The notes: generated by a model from the sequence alone, not told the origin. DNA of 64,000 nucleotides from a virus (IMGVR_UViG_2802429733_000002:1-64000); one strand, 5' to 3'. Shown: positions 18,232-26,834, counted from the first letter of the stretch. A program made the numbers and translations.

Positions 18232-18337
18232 CCAAAACCGCCGCGAGGCGGTGCATCCCGGTGATTCAGAAGAACCGCTGCGGGAGGCGCGATCCTATAG
18301 CGGGGGTGAGCCGCTTCCGCAAGCCGTTTGCGGCGCC

Positions 18338-18643
18338 TCAATGCGTCCAGGGCGCGGTGCGGTTGAACTTGAAATTGTCCGAGTAGGACATCAGCCGGCG
18401 CGACATCGCCTGCGGTTCCTCGACACGGTAGGAAATGCCCTCGCGCTCGGCATAGGCGATGGCCTCTTCCTTGGTCGCGAAGCGCAGCCGCAATTGCTGC
18501 GTCGTGTCCGCCGAACTCGTCCATCCCATCAGCGGCTCGATCTCGCGGGCGCTGGCCTGATCGAATTCCAGCAGCCATGTCTTGGTTCGGGCAAGACCCG
18601 ATTGCATGGCGCCTTTCGCGGGCTTGTAGATACGGGCCGGCAT
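18338..18643 (-). CDS. ETC complex I subunit (NDUFS4-like), host gene
   Basis: MPARIYKPAKGAMQSG...WLLEF...EPLMGWTSS.D...LRFATKEEAIAYAE. Confidence 0.92.
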   Translation of the reverse strand: MPARIYKPAKGAMQSGLARTKTWLLEFDQASAREIEPLMGWTSSADTTQQLRLRFATKEEAIAYAEREGISYRVEEPQAMSRRLMSYSDNFKFNRTAPWTH

Positions 18644-18669
18644 GACGGTCGAAACGCTCCAGACATGAC

Positions 18670-18746
18670 TGGTCGGGGCGGCCGGATTCGAACCAGCGAC
18701 CCTCTGCTCCCAAAGCAGATGCGCTACCAGACTGCGCTACGCCCCG
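18670..18746 (-). tRNA. tRNA-Pro(TGG), host
   Basis: CGGGGCG...TCTGC-TTTGGGA-GCAGA...GGTTCGAATCC...ACCA; 77 nt. Confidence 0.97.
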
Positions 18747-18902
18747 ACGCTGTTTTCAGCGTTGGAACTCCTACAGATTTCGGCGCCGCACCGCAATGCC
18801 CGTCTGATGACGATGGGAACGCTACGGCAACGTATGGCACTGGTCGGTACCAGGATCCCCGACATTTCTCCCGACGCTGTTCCCCGCCCGTTCCGACCCT
18901 CC

Positions 18903-18921
18903 CCCTCACGGGAGGCGTCCG
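18903..18921 (+). repeat. 19-bp perfect direct repeat at gene boundary (copy 2 at 19503-19521)
   Basis: ccctcacgggaggcgtccg in both positions, 600 bp apart, containing GGAGG. Confidence 0.85.
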
Positions 18922-19525
18922 GACGGTCGCAGCTCTCTATGTTCAGGCCGAAGGCTGTTACGCCGATCTGGACGGCGTCGAGCCCTGGCCGGTCGAGCGG
19001 GATGCGCGGGCCTATGCCGGGCCGCATCCGGTCGTGGCACATCCGCCGTGCCAGCTCTGGGGCGCGATGGCGAACGTCAACTATGCGAGATGGGGCGGCG
19101 AGCATAATAGGCCGGGCAATGATGGAGGGTGTTTCGCCGCAGCGCTGGCAGCGGTGAGGAGGTGGGGCGGCGTCCTCGAGCATCCAGCGACGTCGCGGGC
19201 CTTCGCCGCTCACGATCTTCCTACGCCACGGGGGGTAGGCTGGCAGCGCTCAAGTTGCGGTGGGTGGGTCTGCGAGGTTTGGCAATCGGCCTATGGCCAT
19301 CGCGCGAACAAGGCGACGTGGCTGTACGCCTTCGGGACCGGGCTCCCGCCGCAGTTGGACTGGCGGCGCCCGGTCGGGACGCATCAAGTCGGATTCCAGG
19401 ACCAGCGCGGGAAGGCTCGCAACAAGCCGACGCTGCCCAAAGCTGAAGCAGCCGCCACCCCTCCCGCCTTCCGCGATCTTCTGATCTCGATCGCTAGGTC
19501 TGCCCTCACGGGAGGCGTCCGATGA
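18905..19525 (+). pseudogene. Cytosine-C5 methyltransferase-like phage protein lacking a start codon
   Basis: VVAHPPCQ (PC motif), GGVLEHP, QSAYGH..K.TWLY; no in-frame ATG/GTG/TTG after the RBS. Confidence 0.55.
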
Positions 19526-19875
19526 GCGCCTGTCCGTCCTGCTGCGATCGGGGCTCCGTGGTCGATCTTCACGCCATGGTGGAGCGACCGTGCGCCATGT
19601 GTCGCCGAGATGCTTACGAAGCATGGTGCGCGACGCTGAGGCCACAGACCCGCCGTCTCGCCGTCCTCGACGGTAAGGGACGCTGCTGCGGCCGGAAGCC
19701 CCTTGTCTATAAGCGCGACCGTCATCGGTTCTGCACCCGATGCAGCGCCAGCTTCGACCTGAGCACGGGACGGCAGGTGCCGAACTGGGCCTGGATCGCA
19801 GAGGGTGACGCCTTCGTCGCGAAAACCCCTTCCGCAGAGATCGCCCGCTCTCTCCCCGGAGGCGGACATGGGTAG
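19522..19875 (+). CDS. Cys-rich (zinc-finger-like) hypothetical protein
   Basis: CPSC, CAMC, CCG, CTRC motifs; ATGA coupling. Confidence 0.6.
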   Translation: MSACPSCCDRGSVVDLHAMVERPCAMCRRDAYEAWCATLRPQTRRLAVLDGKGRCCGRKPLVYKRDRHRFCTRCSASFDLSTGRQVPNWAWIAEGDAFVAKTPSAEIARSLPGGGHG

Positions 19876-20086
19876 CCGGATATGGGTGGTCGTCCAAGAT
19901 GACGGCCTTGGCACGCCACTGGCGGGCTTTCTCTCGCAGGCTGAAGCCGATGCCTACGCGAAGCACCAGCAGAGCGACTGGTATTCGCACTCGGTCAGGG
20001 AGGTGCCGCTGATGCGCTTCGTGCCGGCGGTGATCGAGCCGACCGAACTCCCCACCACCCCGCCCACAGGAGAGAGCCATGGATAG
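19868..20086 (+). CDS. Hypothetical protein
   Basis: ATG 19868 with GGAGG RBS, coupled operon. Confidence 0.55.
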   Translation: MGSRIWVVVQDDGLGTPLAGFLSQAEADAYAKHQQSDWYSHSVREVPLMRFVPAVIEPTELPTTPPTGESHG

Positions 20087-20441
20087 GCCGAAGCGAGCCC
20101 AGCTTTCGAGGGCGAAAGGCTGGAGAATGCCGCCGAACACCGTGAAGGTCGACCGGACCACTAAGTGGGGGAACCCCTACCGGGCCGGGATCCATTGCGA
20201 CCGGTATCACGCCGTCGACAGCCACCGACACCTCTGCCTCTTCGGGCGCCGATCGAAGGGAGCGCCTTGGCCGGATCGGGACGAGGCTGAATACGTGCGC
20301 ATCGTGCGAGACGAGATCGGCGAGCTTCGCGGCAAGAACCTCGGTTGCTGGTGCAGCCTGGAGAGCCCGTGTCACGCTGAAACGCTGCTCGACCTCTCCA
20401 ACCGTCCGGTCTGCGAATCCATCGAGGGAGAGAAGAGGTGA
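20079..20441 (+). CDS. DUF4326 domain protein
   Basis: VKVDRTTKWGNPY...ELRGKNLGCWC....CHAETL. Confidence 0.85.
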   Translation: MDRPKRAQLSRAKGWRMPPNTVKVDRTTKWGNPYRAGIHCDRYHAVDSHRHLCLFGRRSKGAPWPDRDEAEYVRIVRDEIGELRGKNLGCWCSLESPCHAETLLDLSNRPVCESIEGEKR

Positions 20442-20662
20442 GTGAGGTCAGCCTAACCGACAGGCAGCGCCTGGACATACGGGCAATTCGCTCGAACCCT
20501 GGCTGTTACGGGGTTCCGCTCGATCAGGGGCAGGAACACGACGATCAGCAGTTTCATGACCTTGAGCGGCGTGGTTTCATCGAGCGCCGGAAGGTCGACG
20601 GCAAGTGGGGTTTTTACCTGACCCCTGCCGGCATCGCGGCAGCCGCAAAGAGCCGCCCATGA
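20438..20662 (+). CDS. Small hypothetical protein (wHTH-like)
   Basis: GTGA overlap; DLERRGFIER...GFYLTPAG. Confidence 0.55.
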   Translation: MSEVSLTDRQRLDIRAIRSNPGCYGVPLDQGQEHDDQQFHDLERRGFIERRKVDGKWGFYLTPAGIAAAAKSRP

Positions 20663-20826
20663 CCCTCGTCCGCGATCTACGCGCAGACGGACGGCCTCTG
20701 TCCTTGAGAGCGGCAGAGGAGATCGAACGCCTGCACCGACAGCGCGTCTCCGCGATCCAGAGAGCCAAGGGAGAGCAGAAACGGGCTGAGCGCCTTCAGG
20801 CCGAATTGCGTGAAAGGAGAGCGTGA
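20659..20826 (+). CDS. Small hypothetical protein
   Basis: ATGA coupling; AAEEIERL motif common in phage small proteins. Confidence 0.5.
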   Translation: MTLVRDLRADGRPLSLRAAEEIERLHRQRVSAIQRAKGEQKRAERLQAELRERRA

Positions 20827-21152
20827 TGGGGTTCAACACAGTCGCCGTGCTTTATAACGACCACACACACCGGATCGCGGAAGGAGGCGAGTTCGGCGCT
20901 AGCATGGCGGCCGCCATGCAAGGCTGGCTCAGACGCGACAGAGACCGTCTCGCGACGTGGTTTGGCTCCGGCATGATCGTTTCCCAGGCGCACGCCGATT
21001 ACGATCAAGTCGTCATCGTCGGCCAGAACAGAGGCTGCCCAATCCACGAAGCGAACGATCTCGGATGGCAGGCCCTCGATCAGATGAAGGATTGCCTTGA
21101 ACGCCACGGCTACAAGGTGACGAAGCGTCGCGAAATCAGGAGGCCAGGATGA
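20823..21152 (+). CDS. Hypothetical phage protein
   Basis: Coupled ORF with RBS aggagag. Confidence 0.6.
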   Translation: MMGFNTVAVLYNDHTHRIAEGGEFGASMAAAMQGWLRRDRDRLATWFGSGMIVSQAHADYDQVVIVGQNRGCPIHEANDLGWQALDQMKDCLERHGYKVTKRREIRRPG

Positions 21153-21514
21153 CGTCGATGATCGAGGTTGTGGCGAGGGCGATATGCGTCCCTCAGGGGG
21201 TCGACCCTGACCAGCCCGTCGCAGACGACTACGTGGACGAAGACGGGGTCCCTGGCTCCCTCACCATACCGGCTTGGCAGAACTACGCGGAAGAGGCCCG
21301 CGCCGCGATCGAGGCCATGGCGGCAGATATCCGCGATGAGGAGATCTCGCGCGCCGCCGGGCAATGGGCATTCCGCCTAGCCTATACATCGAAGCCCCAG
21401 CCGCTGAACGAATTCGAAGCGGGCTATCGCATGGGCGCCAAGCGGGAGGGTGCGAGCCTGCTGGAAGCTGACGCCGCCCGCGCAGCACTGGAAGGAGAGC
21501 GTGATGGCGGGTGA
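21149..21514 (+). CDS. Hypothetical phage protein
   Basis: MIEVVARAIC...W..YAEEARAAIEAM, a frequent phage early-gene motif. Confidence 0.6.
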   Translation: MTSMIEVVARAICVPQGVDPDQPVADDYVDEDGVPGSLTIPAWQNYAEEARAAIEAMAADIRDEEISRAAGQWAFRLAYTSKPQPLNEFEAGYRMGAKREGASLLEADAARAALEGERDGG

Positions 21515-22334
21515 GGGAGACGATCTCGGCGACCGTATGAAGGGGTACGAAGCTGTCGAGACAGGTCGCCGGCTCCCATCCGGGATGCCCATCTATGCGC
21601 GGATCGACGGCCGCAGCTTCTCCCGATTCACGCGAGGGATGCACCGCCCCTTTGACGAGCTGATGTCGCAAGCGATGATCTCCGCGACGGGACATCTGGT
21701 CGAAACCACCGGCGCCGTCATCGGCTACACGCAGTCGGACGAGATATCGCTGGTCTGGCAATCCGATCCGGCGAACCCGGCCTCGCAAGTCTTCTTCGAC
21801 GGCAAGGTCCAGAAGCTCGCGTCGGTGCTCGCTGGTATCGCGACAGCCGCCTTCACGCGAGCCATCTTGGCATCCGAGCTATCCTCATACGCTGAGAGGC
21901 TTCCCCACTTCGACGGGCGCGTCTTCAGCGTCCCCGACCGGGACGAGGCGACCAACGCCTTCCTCTGGCGGGCCCTCGACGCTGAACGAAACGCTGTCCA
22001 GATGGCTGCGCACGCGGTCTTTTCGGCCAAGGCGATGTTCAAGAAGCCGGTGCGCGAGTTGAGGAAGATGCTGGCGGAGAAGGGCGTCGACTTCGCCGGC
22101 TACCCGCCGTGGTTCAAGTTCGGAACCTTCGTCCGGCGGGCCGTCGTTGAGCGCACCCTGACCGATGAGGAGCTGGCCCGGATTCCGGAAGCCAATCGCC
22201 CCACCGCAAGTGCCACCTTCCTGCGTGGCGAGACGAAAGCCTTTCAGGTGCCGGCCTTCGTCGAGGTGGAGAACCGAGCGGCCGTCATCTTCGATGGAGC
22301 CGAGCCGATCTACCGAGATGGCGCCACCTCATGA
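21504..22334 (+). CDS. thg1: tRNA(His) guanylyltransferase Thg1-like (TLP) 3'-5' nucleotidyltransferase
   Basis: DRMKGYE, RIDGRSFSRFT, PFD, GYTQSDEISL, FFDGKVQKLAS, FDGR, WR..DA.RN.VQMAA. Confidence 0.9.
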   Translation: MAGEGDDLGDRMKGYEAVETGRRLPSGMPIYARIDGRSFSRFTRGMHRPFDELMSQAMISATGHLVETTGAVIGYTQSDEISLVWQSDPANPASQVFFDGKVQKLASVLAGIATAAFTRAILASELSSYAERLPHFDGRVFSVPDRDEATNAFLWRALDAERNAVQMAAHAVFSAKAMFKKPVRELRKMLAEKGVDFAGYPPWFKFGTFVRRAVVERTLTDEELARIPEANRPTASATFLRGETKAFQVPAFVEVENRAAVIFDGAEPIYRDGATS

Positions 22335-22483
22335 CCCCGACCGCCCGCATCCAATCTCTGATCGCCAAGACAGAAGCAGATCGCCTCTCCTACAAGGCAG
22401 CAGGAGATCACGTCTTCGCAGCAGCGTGTGCGATCAGGCTGACTGCGCTGAGGCAGTGCCTGGAGATCGTGAAGGAGGCTTGA
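22331..22483 (+). CDS. Small hypothetical protein (50 aa)
   Basis: ATGA overlap with Thg1 stop; MTPTARIQSLIAK...LEIVKEA. Confidence 0.5.
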   Translation: MTPTARIQSLIAKTEADRLSYKAAGDHVFAAACAIRLTALRQCLEIVKEA

Positions 22484-22485
22484 GG

Positions 22486-22812
22486 TCAGCCGACCAACGT
22501 GAGCCGCGGGCGCCCGGCCGTAACCGGCTCCGGATCCGGCGGCGGCTCGTGCGGCGGCTCCGGATGGAGTAGGTCCCGATAGTAGGCTCGGCAGTAGCGG
22601 GCATATTTCCGGCGGCGCGTCAGCGGCGGCACCTGCCACGGGCATGACCGAGTGATCCGGTAAAGCAGGAGCTCGAGGTTCACGTCAGGACCGAACCGAG
22701 CCGCCAGTCGCGCTAGCCGATACGACCCGTGCCGCGGGCAGTCCATGCAGGCGATCCGCACCGTGACATAAGGGAATTGGGCCAGGGTTCGCGGCAGTAC
22801 GGGCTCATCCAT
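22486..22812 (-). CDS. Small zinc-ribbon-like hypothetical protein
   Basis: VRIACMDCPRHGSYRLARLAARFG...RSCPW; ATG 22812 with GGAG RBS. Confidence 0.6.
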   Translation of the reverse strand: MDEPVLPRTLAQFPYVTVRIACMDCPRHGSYRLARLAARFGPDVNLELLLYRITRSCPWQVPPLTRRRKYARYCRAYYRDLLHPEPPHEPPPDPEPVTAGRPRLTLVG

Positions 22813-22845
22813 CAGCGTCTCCGGACTCGACTCTCCGACGCGGAT

Positions 22846-22860
22846 GTTCTTATTTCGTTC
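22846..22860. promoter_or_regulatory. Alphaproteobacterial LexA (SOS) box
   Basis: GTTC-TTATTTC-GTTC is an exact GTTC-N7-GTTC, between divergent genes. Confidence 0.75.
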
Positions 22861-22861
22861 C

Positions 22862-23317
22862 ATGCCCGATGAAAGCCCTCCGTCCGGATCGGACCGACGA
22901 TCCGCCATCACAGACGAGGACGTGGACGCCGTGCTGGCGGAGTTCGGCGGCGATGCCCGCGCGGCCCCGATGCACCTCTCGTGGCACGCCGTGCCGGACA
23001 ATCCTGAGCAAGAGGGCTCGCTCTACGACGAGGAGATCCGCACCGGCCACGTGCGCTATCTGGATCTAGGGCCGCCTCGCTGGGACGCGCCGAACCGAGA
23101 TCACCTTTGGAACTGGTCCGTGTTTGCCTTCGTCTGGCCCCGGCCGGCGATCGAAACGGGCGGGAGGTGCCTCACGAAAGAGGAAGCGAAAGCAGCGGCC
23201 GAAGCAGCCTATCGAGCGATCTGCGATATCCCCGGCGCTCGGGACATGCACATGACCCACAACCGCCAGCTGGAACGGATGAGGGCCAGGGCTAAGGCCA
23301 GGGCTCAGCGCGCCTGA
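22862..23317 (+). CDS. Hypothetical protein, possibly chimeric
   Basis: 151-aa ORF; N-terminal ITDEDVDAVLAEFGGDARAA followed by unrelated-looking sequence. Confidence 0.45.
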   Translation: MPDESPPSGSDRRSAITDEDVDAVLAEFGGDARAAPMHLSWHAVPDNPEQEGSLYDEEIRTGHVRYLDLGPPRWDAPNRDHLWNWSVFAFVWPRPAIETGGRCLTKEEAKAAAEAAYRAICDIPGARDMHMTHNRQLERMRARAKARAQRA

Positions 23318-24024
23318 TCCTTCTTCTCCCCGCGGGCGACGATCTCGACCATCTCCGCCGGCAGCGGTCGTTGAAGCGCCGAGGCTTCGGACCATGGAGC
23401 ACGAAGCCAGGCGTCACGCTCCGCCTCGGTCGTCAAGATGACCGGCATGGCCTTCGGATGGATGGACGCGACCGGCTCGCTCGGCTCGGTCGTCAGGAAG
23501 GCGAACAGGTCGATCGTCTCCGGCCCGGTCTTCACCTTACGCACCGAGGTCCATTGCGGCGTCCAGATCCCGGCGAAGGCCGCGAGCGGACGGTGCTCGC
23601 CGAACGCGAACCAAATGTCGCCGCCGGCCCCCTTGTTGAACTCGCTGAAGGAGGTGAAGGGGACGAGGCAACGATGCGCGGGCTCGAGCCAAGCCTTCCA
23701 GTGCCGGCTCGCCGTGTTCCGAACGTTCGTCGTGCCCTTGTCAGGCTCCAGGCGGAGAAGCTCGTCGAAGTCGACCTCGCGGCCCTTCGCGCGGAGCTTG
23801 TCGGCGCGGGCGCTCGCAGCTTCCATGAGCGCCTTCCGGCTCGACGGCATGCCCCAGCGCGCCATCGCGAGGACGCGCTCGTCGCCATCGACCCGAACGA
23901 TCGGCGCCGCATAGTCTGGGAACACGCCCGGCAGCGGCGGCAGGTTGCCCGTCAGGTCGCGATCGACCCGGAACAGCCGCCGGATCGCCTCCTGGTTCGT
24001 CGTGACGCTGTAGAGGTTGCACAT
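23305..24024 (-). CDS. SOS response-associated peptidase (SRAP/YedK/HMCES family)
   Basis: N-terminal MCNLY, RWGMP, TNVRN, RCLVPFTSFSE, LTTEP...IHPKAMPVIL. Confidence 0.92.
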   Translation of the reverse strand: MCNLYSVTTNQEAIRRLFRVDRDLTGNLPPLPGVFPDYAAPIVRVDGDERVLAMARWGMPSSRKALMEAASARADKLRAKGREVDFDELLRLEPDKGTTNVRNTASRHWKAWLEPAHRCLVPFTSFSEFNKGAGGDIWFAFGEHRPLAAFAGIWTPQWTSVRKVKTGPETIDLFAFLTTEPSEPVASIHPKAMPVILTTEAERDAWLRAPWSEASALQRPLPAEMVEIVARGEKKDQAR

Positions 24025-24085
24025 GCTGGCGAGGGTAGCGGCCGGCGAGCATGACCGCTAGCGACCCGAGGCAGACGGCAGACGA

Positions 24086-24361
24086 CTACTGCTGCGGGAG
24101 CGCAGCGATCAGTTCGGCCGCGAGAGCCCGATCCTCGTCGGATGTGGCCTGAACTGCGGCGCGCACCATCGTTGCAGTCGCTGGATCGTTCTTTGCCGCT
24201 TGAAGAACGGCCCGCCCGAGCGCGGCCTGCATCCGGCCCGGCGAATGGCGCGAAGTCTGATACGTGGTGCCGGGCTGGAAGAGCAGATAGAGCAGCGTCA
24301 GCAGCAGGACGATGACGAGAAGGAGGGCGGCGACCAAGATCTTCATGCCGCTCTTTATCAC
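24086..24361 (-). CDS. Small membrane-anchored protein
   Basis: Hydrophobic N-terminal ILVAALLLVIVLLLTLLYLLF. Confidence 0.5.
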   Translation of the reverse strand: MIKSGMKILVAALLLVIVLLLTLLYLLFQPGTTYQTSRHSPGRMQAALGRAVLQAAKNDPATATMVRAAVQATSDEDRALAAELIAALPQQ

Positions 24362-24452
24362 ATGTGGCCGTCGCTCCGGTACGAGCTAGCGGCGGTCCGG
24401 CGCCAATTCAACCGGCAGCCCCTCCGGCACGGCGGGGCCGTCGACCGCCGCT

Positions 24453-24800
24453 TCACGCCGTCCGCGCCTGCCGCATGGCGCGGACGATCTCCCGCAGCTC
24501 GCGCATCTCAGCCCGCTTCTCCGCCTCCTCGTCCATCTCGCGGTCGTGAGCCTCCGCCTCGAGGAGCGTCGCGCAGCGCGTCAGGGCCGCCGTCAGCAGC
24601 GTGATCGCCTGCACGAGCAGCTCGATGTCGTGCGAGCCCGGGAAGTGGCCGTTGGCCGTCGGCAGGGTTTCGGGCTTCAGCGGCTCGCGGCGGCCGGTTG
24701 CGGCCTCCTTCTTATAGGCGAGGTATCCGACGACTATCGCCGTGAAGCCTCCGGCCCCGAAGAGCGAGATCAGTCCCGTCAGGATGTCGCCGGGGTTCAT
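24453..24800 (-). CDS. Single-TM lysis-cassette protein
   Basis: N-terminal TM segment then helical acidic/basic tail; last gene of the lysis cluster. Confidence 0.6.
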   Translation of the reverse strand: MNPGDILTGLISLFGAGGFTAIVVGYLAYKKEAATGRREPLKPETLPTANGHFPGSHDIELLVQAITLLTAALTRCATLLEAEAHDREMDEEAEKRAEMRELREIVRAMRQARTA

Positions 24801-25276
24801 TCATGCGATCCTGCTCGGCTGAGTTGGAGCAGCCTCGGAAGGCGGAGCGGCCGGAAGGCATTGGCCCTGAAGGCATCGGCCATGCTGCGGGCGCACGAGA
24901 CCAGCTCGAACACGATGAAGATGGGGTAGAAGACGAAGCCGGCCGGCGGGTTCGGTGACGGGTTCTGGAAGAACAGCCAGATCAGGACGAGCCACCAGAC
25001 GACGCCGAACCACGAGCACATGAAGCGCAGGAGCGGCGTCCTGCACCAATGGCCGTTCACGACCAGCGCCCCGACGCGGACGACGCCGACGCATACCGAG
25101 AAGATGCCCCATTGCCGCTCGGTCGCAAGCGCCGCAAGCGCCGCGTAGGTGGGGTTCCCGAAGGTCTGCCACCATGGCGCGATGAGCCAGAGCCCCCAGC
25201 CGATCATCATGCTCGCAAAGAGATACTCGACGAGCCGATCGGGATAGGCGGCGCTGGCGCGGGTCGAGTTGGGCAT
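24797..25276 (-). CDS. Four-TM membrane protein of the lysis cassette
   Basis: Four hydrophobic helices, coupled to neighbours. Confidence 0.65.
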   Translation of the reverse strand: MPNSTRASAAYPDRLVEYLFASMMIGWGLWLIAPWWQTFGNPTYAALAALATERQWGIFSVCVGVVRVGALVVNGHWCRTPLLRFMCSWFGVVWWLVLIWLFFQNPSPNPPAGFVFYPIFIVFELVSCARSMADAFRANAFRPLRLPRLLQLSRAGSHE

Positions 25277-25280
25277 CGGC

Positions 25281-25595
25281 CTATCCGCCCGCCGGTCCGA
25301 CGACCTTGCGGCTCGGCACCTCGAGCGCGACCGTCGGCGACGTCGTGACGATCTTCGCGACCTCCGGCGCCTTGGCCAGCTCGTACATCACCGCCTTCGG
25401 GTCGGCGTGGACTGCGGACTTCGCGAGGCCAGCAGCGCGACGCTCGTACAGGGCCCAGCCGGAGGCGATCAGGACCATCAGGGCGCCGACGATCTGGTTC
25501 ATGGTGTCGGCGTCGAGATAGCCGAGCGTGACAAGACTGCCACCGCCGGCGAGGAGGAACTGCCGCACGAGCGACAGGATGATGGTGCTGTTCAT
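25281..25595 (-). CDS. Putative holin (two TM)
   Basis: LSLVRQFLLAGGGSLVTLGYLD...IVGALMVLIASGWALY; downstream of endolysin. Confidence 0.7.
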   Translation of the reverse strand: MNSTIILSLVRQFLLAGGGSLVTLGYLDADTMNQIVGALMVLIASGWALYERRAAGLAKSAVHADPKAVMYELAKAPEVAKIVTTSPTVALEVPSRKVVGPAGG

Positions 25596-25622
25596 GACAG
25601 GTCTCCCGGTCGACGAGTGGGT

Positions 25623-26009
25623 TCAGTTGCCGACGCGCTGGCCGCGGATCGGGACGCCCCGATAGGTCCCGTCGCGCTTCTGCCGCGCTCGGCCGGACGC
25701 GTAGGCGACGGTCGGGTTCTGGACGGCCGCGCAGATCCCCGTCGCCACGGTGTCGACGAGATCGAGCGTGACGGCCGTCGAGGGCGCGAAGGTCTTCGCG
25801 ATCGCAGCGATGGTCTGCGCCGTGGGCTGGTAGCCGCAGGCCTGGACGACACGGGCCTGAGCCTTGGCGACGAGCTCCGCCTGCCCGGCGGCCGATGCGA
25901 GCGTCTGAGCGCTGACGAGGAAGCCGGCCACCTGCGATGAGGTGACGTTGCAAGCGGACAGCATGAGCGCGCACAGGAGCGCGCCCGCCGTAAGAGCGGA
26001 ACGGATCAT
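25623..26009 (-). CDS. Lipoprotein (spanin-like candidate)
   Basis: Signal peptide with lipobox LSAC. Confidence 0.65.
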   Translation of the reverse strand: MIRSALTAGALLCALMLSACNVTSSQVAGFLVSAQTLASAAGQAELVAKAQARVVQACGYQPTAQTIAAIAKTFAPSTAVTLDLVDTVATGICAAVQNPTVAYASGRARQKRDGTYRGVPIRGQRVGN

Positions 26010-26055
26010 GGTGGGACCTTTCAGGAGGATGCCCGGATGCCGCCGGGAGCGGATT

Positions 26056-26793
26056 TCAGGCGGCGAGCGCGGGGTTCAGGAGAGCCGACGTCGCCGCACG
26101 GATGGTGTTCCCAGCGCCGGTCGCGCCGACGTAGATCATGCTGCCTGCGGAGGGCACGGCGGCGATGTCCCACTTCCCACGCTGCGCGATTCCGAGCGTG
26201 CCCTGGACCTCGGCATGAGACAGGACCGTGCGGGGCGTGACCGGGATGCCGTAGCGCGAGCAGAGTCCGGCCAGCACGCCCGGCAGCATGTCCCACTGCT
26301 TCGGCGTCATCGGCGCCTTGCCGGGATCGAAGGGACGCTCGATCGCGCCGGCCATGCAGGCGAGCGAAACCCCGATCGAGCCCGTGTTGAGGTTAAGCGT
26401 GTGGGCGGCGTAGCCGGACTTGATCCCGGCGCCGTCGTTCAGGGCGATCGACTTGCCGCGGGCCAGCGTGCCGTCACCTTGGATGATGACGTGGTAGTGC
26501 TCGCGATCGAGGTCGGACGCCTTGTGGGCGCCAGCCGTCCAGTGGACGATGACCCGGGCCATCTTCGCCGCGGGCATCCAGGCCGAGGGGACGACACCCA
26601 CGGCAGGAGCGACCGGCGGCACCACCGGCAGGACGATCCCCGCCAGCGCCGGCTTCCCGGTCTCCAGCGCCTTCAGGATGGCGGTCTGCGACAGGTCCCC
26701 GAGGTCGCCGTCGATCCCGTCCTTGTTCGGCCCGCTCCTGCCGATGTCATAGCCGAGCGCCTTCAGGCGCCGCTGGATGTCCAGCACGATCAT
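26056..26793 (-). CDS. Endolysin: PG-binding domain plus N-acetylmuramoyl-L-alanine amidase
   Basis: IQRRLKALGYD...GIDGDLG; IVHWTAG, YHVII, AHTLNLNTGSIGV, VLSHAEV. Confidence 0.9.
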   Translation of the reverse strand: MIVLDIQRRLKALGYDIGRSGPNKDGIDGDLGDLSQTAILKALETGKPALAGIVLPVVPPVAPAVGVVPSAWMPAAKMARVIVHWTAGAHKASDLDREHYHVIIQGDGTLARGKSIALNDGAGIKSGYAAHTLNLNTGSIGVSLACMAGAIERPFDPGKAPMTPKQWDMLPGVLAGLCSRYGIPVTPRTVLSHAEVQGTLGIAQRGKWDIAAVPSAGSMIYVGATGAGNTIRAATSALLNPALAA

Positions 26794-26811
26794 GGGATGT
26801 CTCCGAGGCAT

Positions 26812-26834
26812 GAAAAAGCCCGCGCGAGGCGGGC
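26812..26834 (-). terminator. Rho-independent terminator immediately upstream of endolysin
   Basis: GCCCGC-CTCGC-GCGGGC-TTTTTC on minus strand. Confidence 0.65.

Noticed and set aside
18251-19525. 424-aa ORF as one gene
   Set aside because: Runs across the complex I gene and a tRNA; only the part after ~18905 looks coding.
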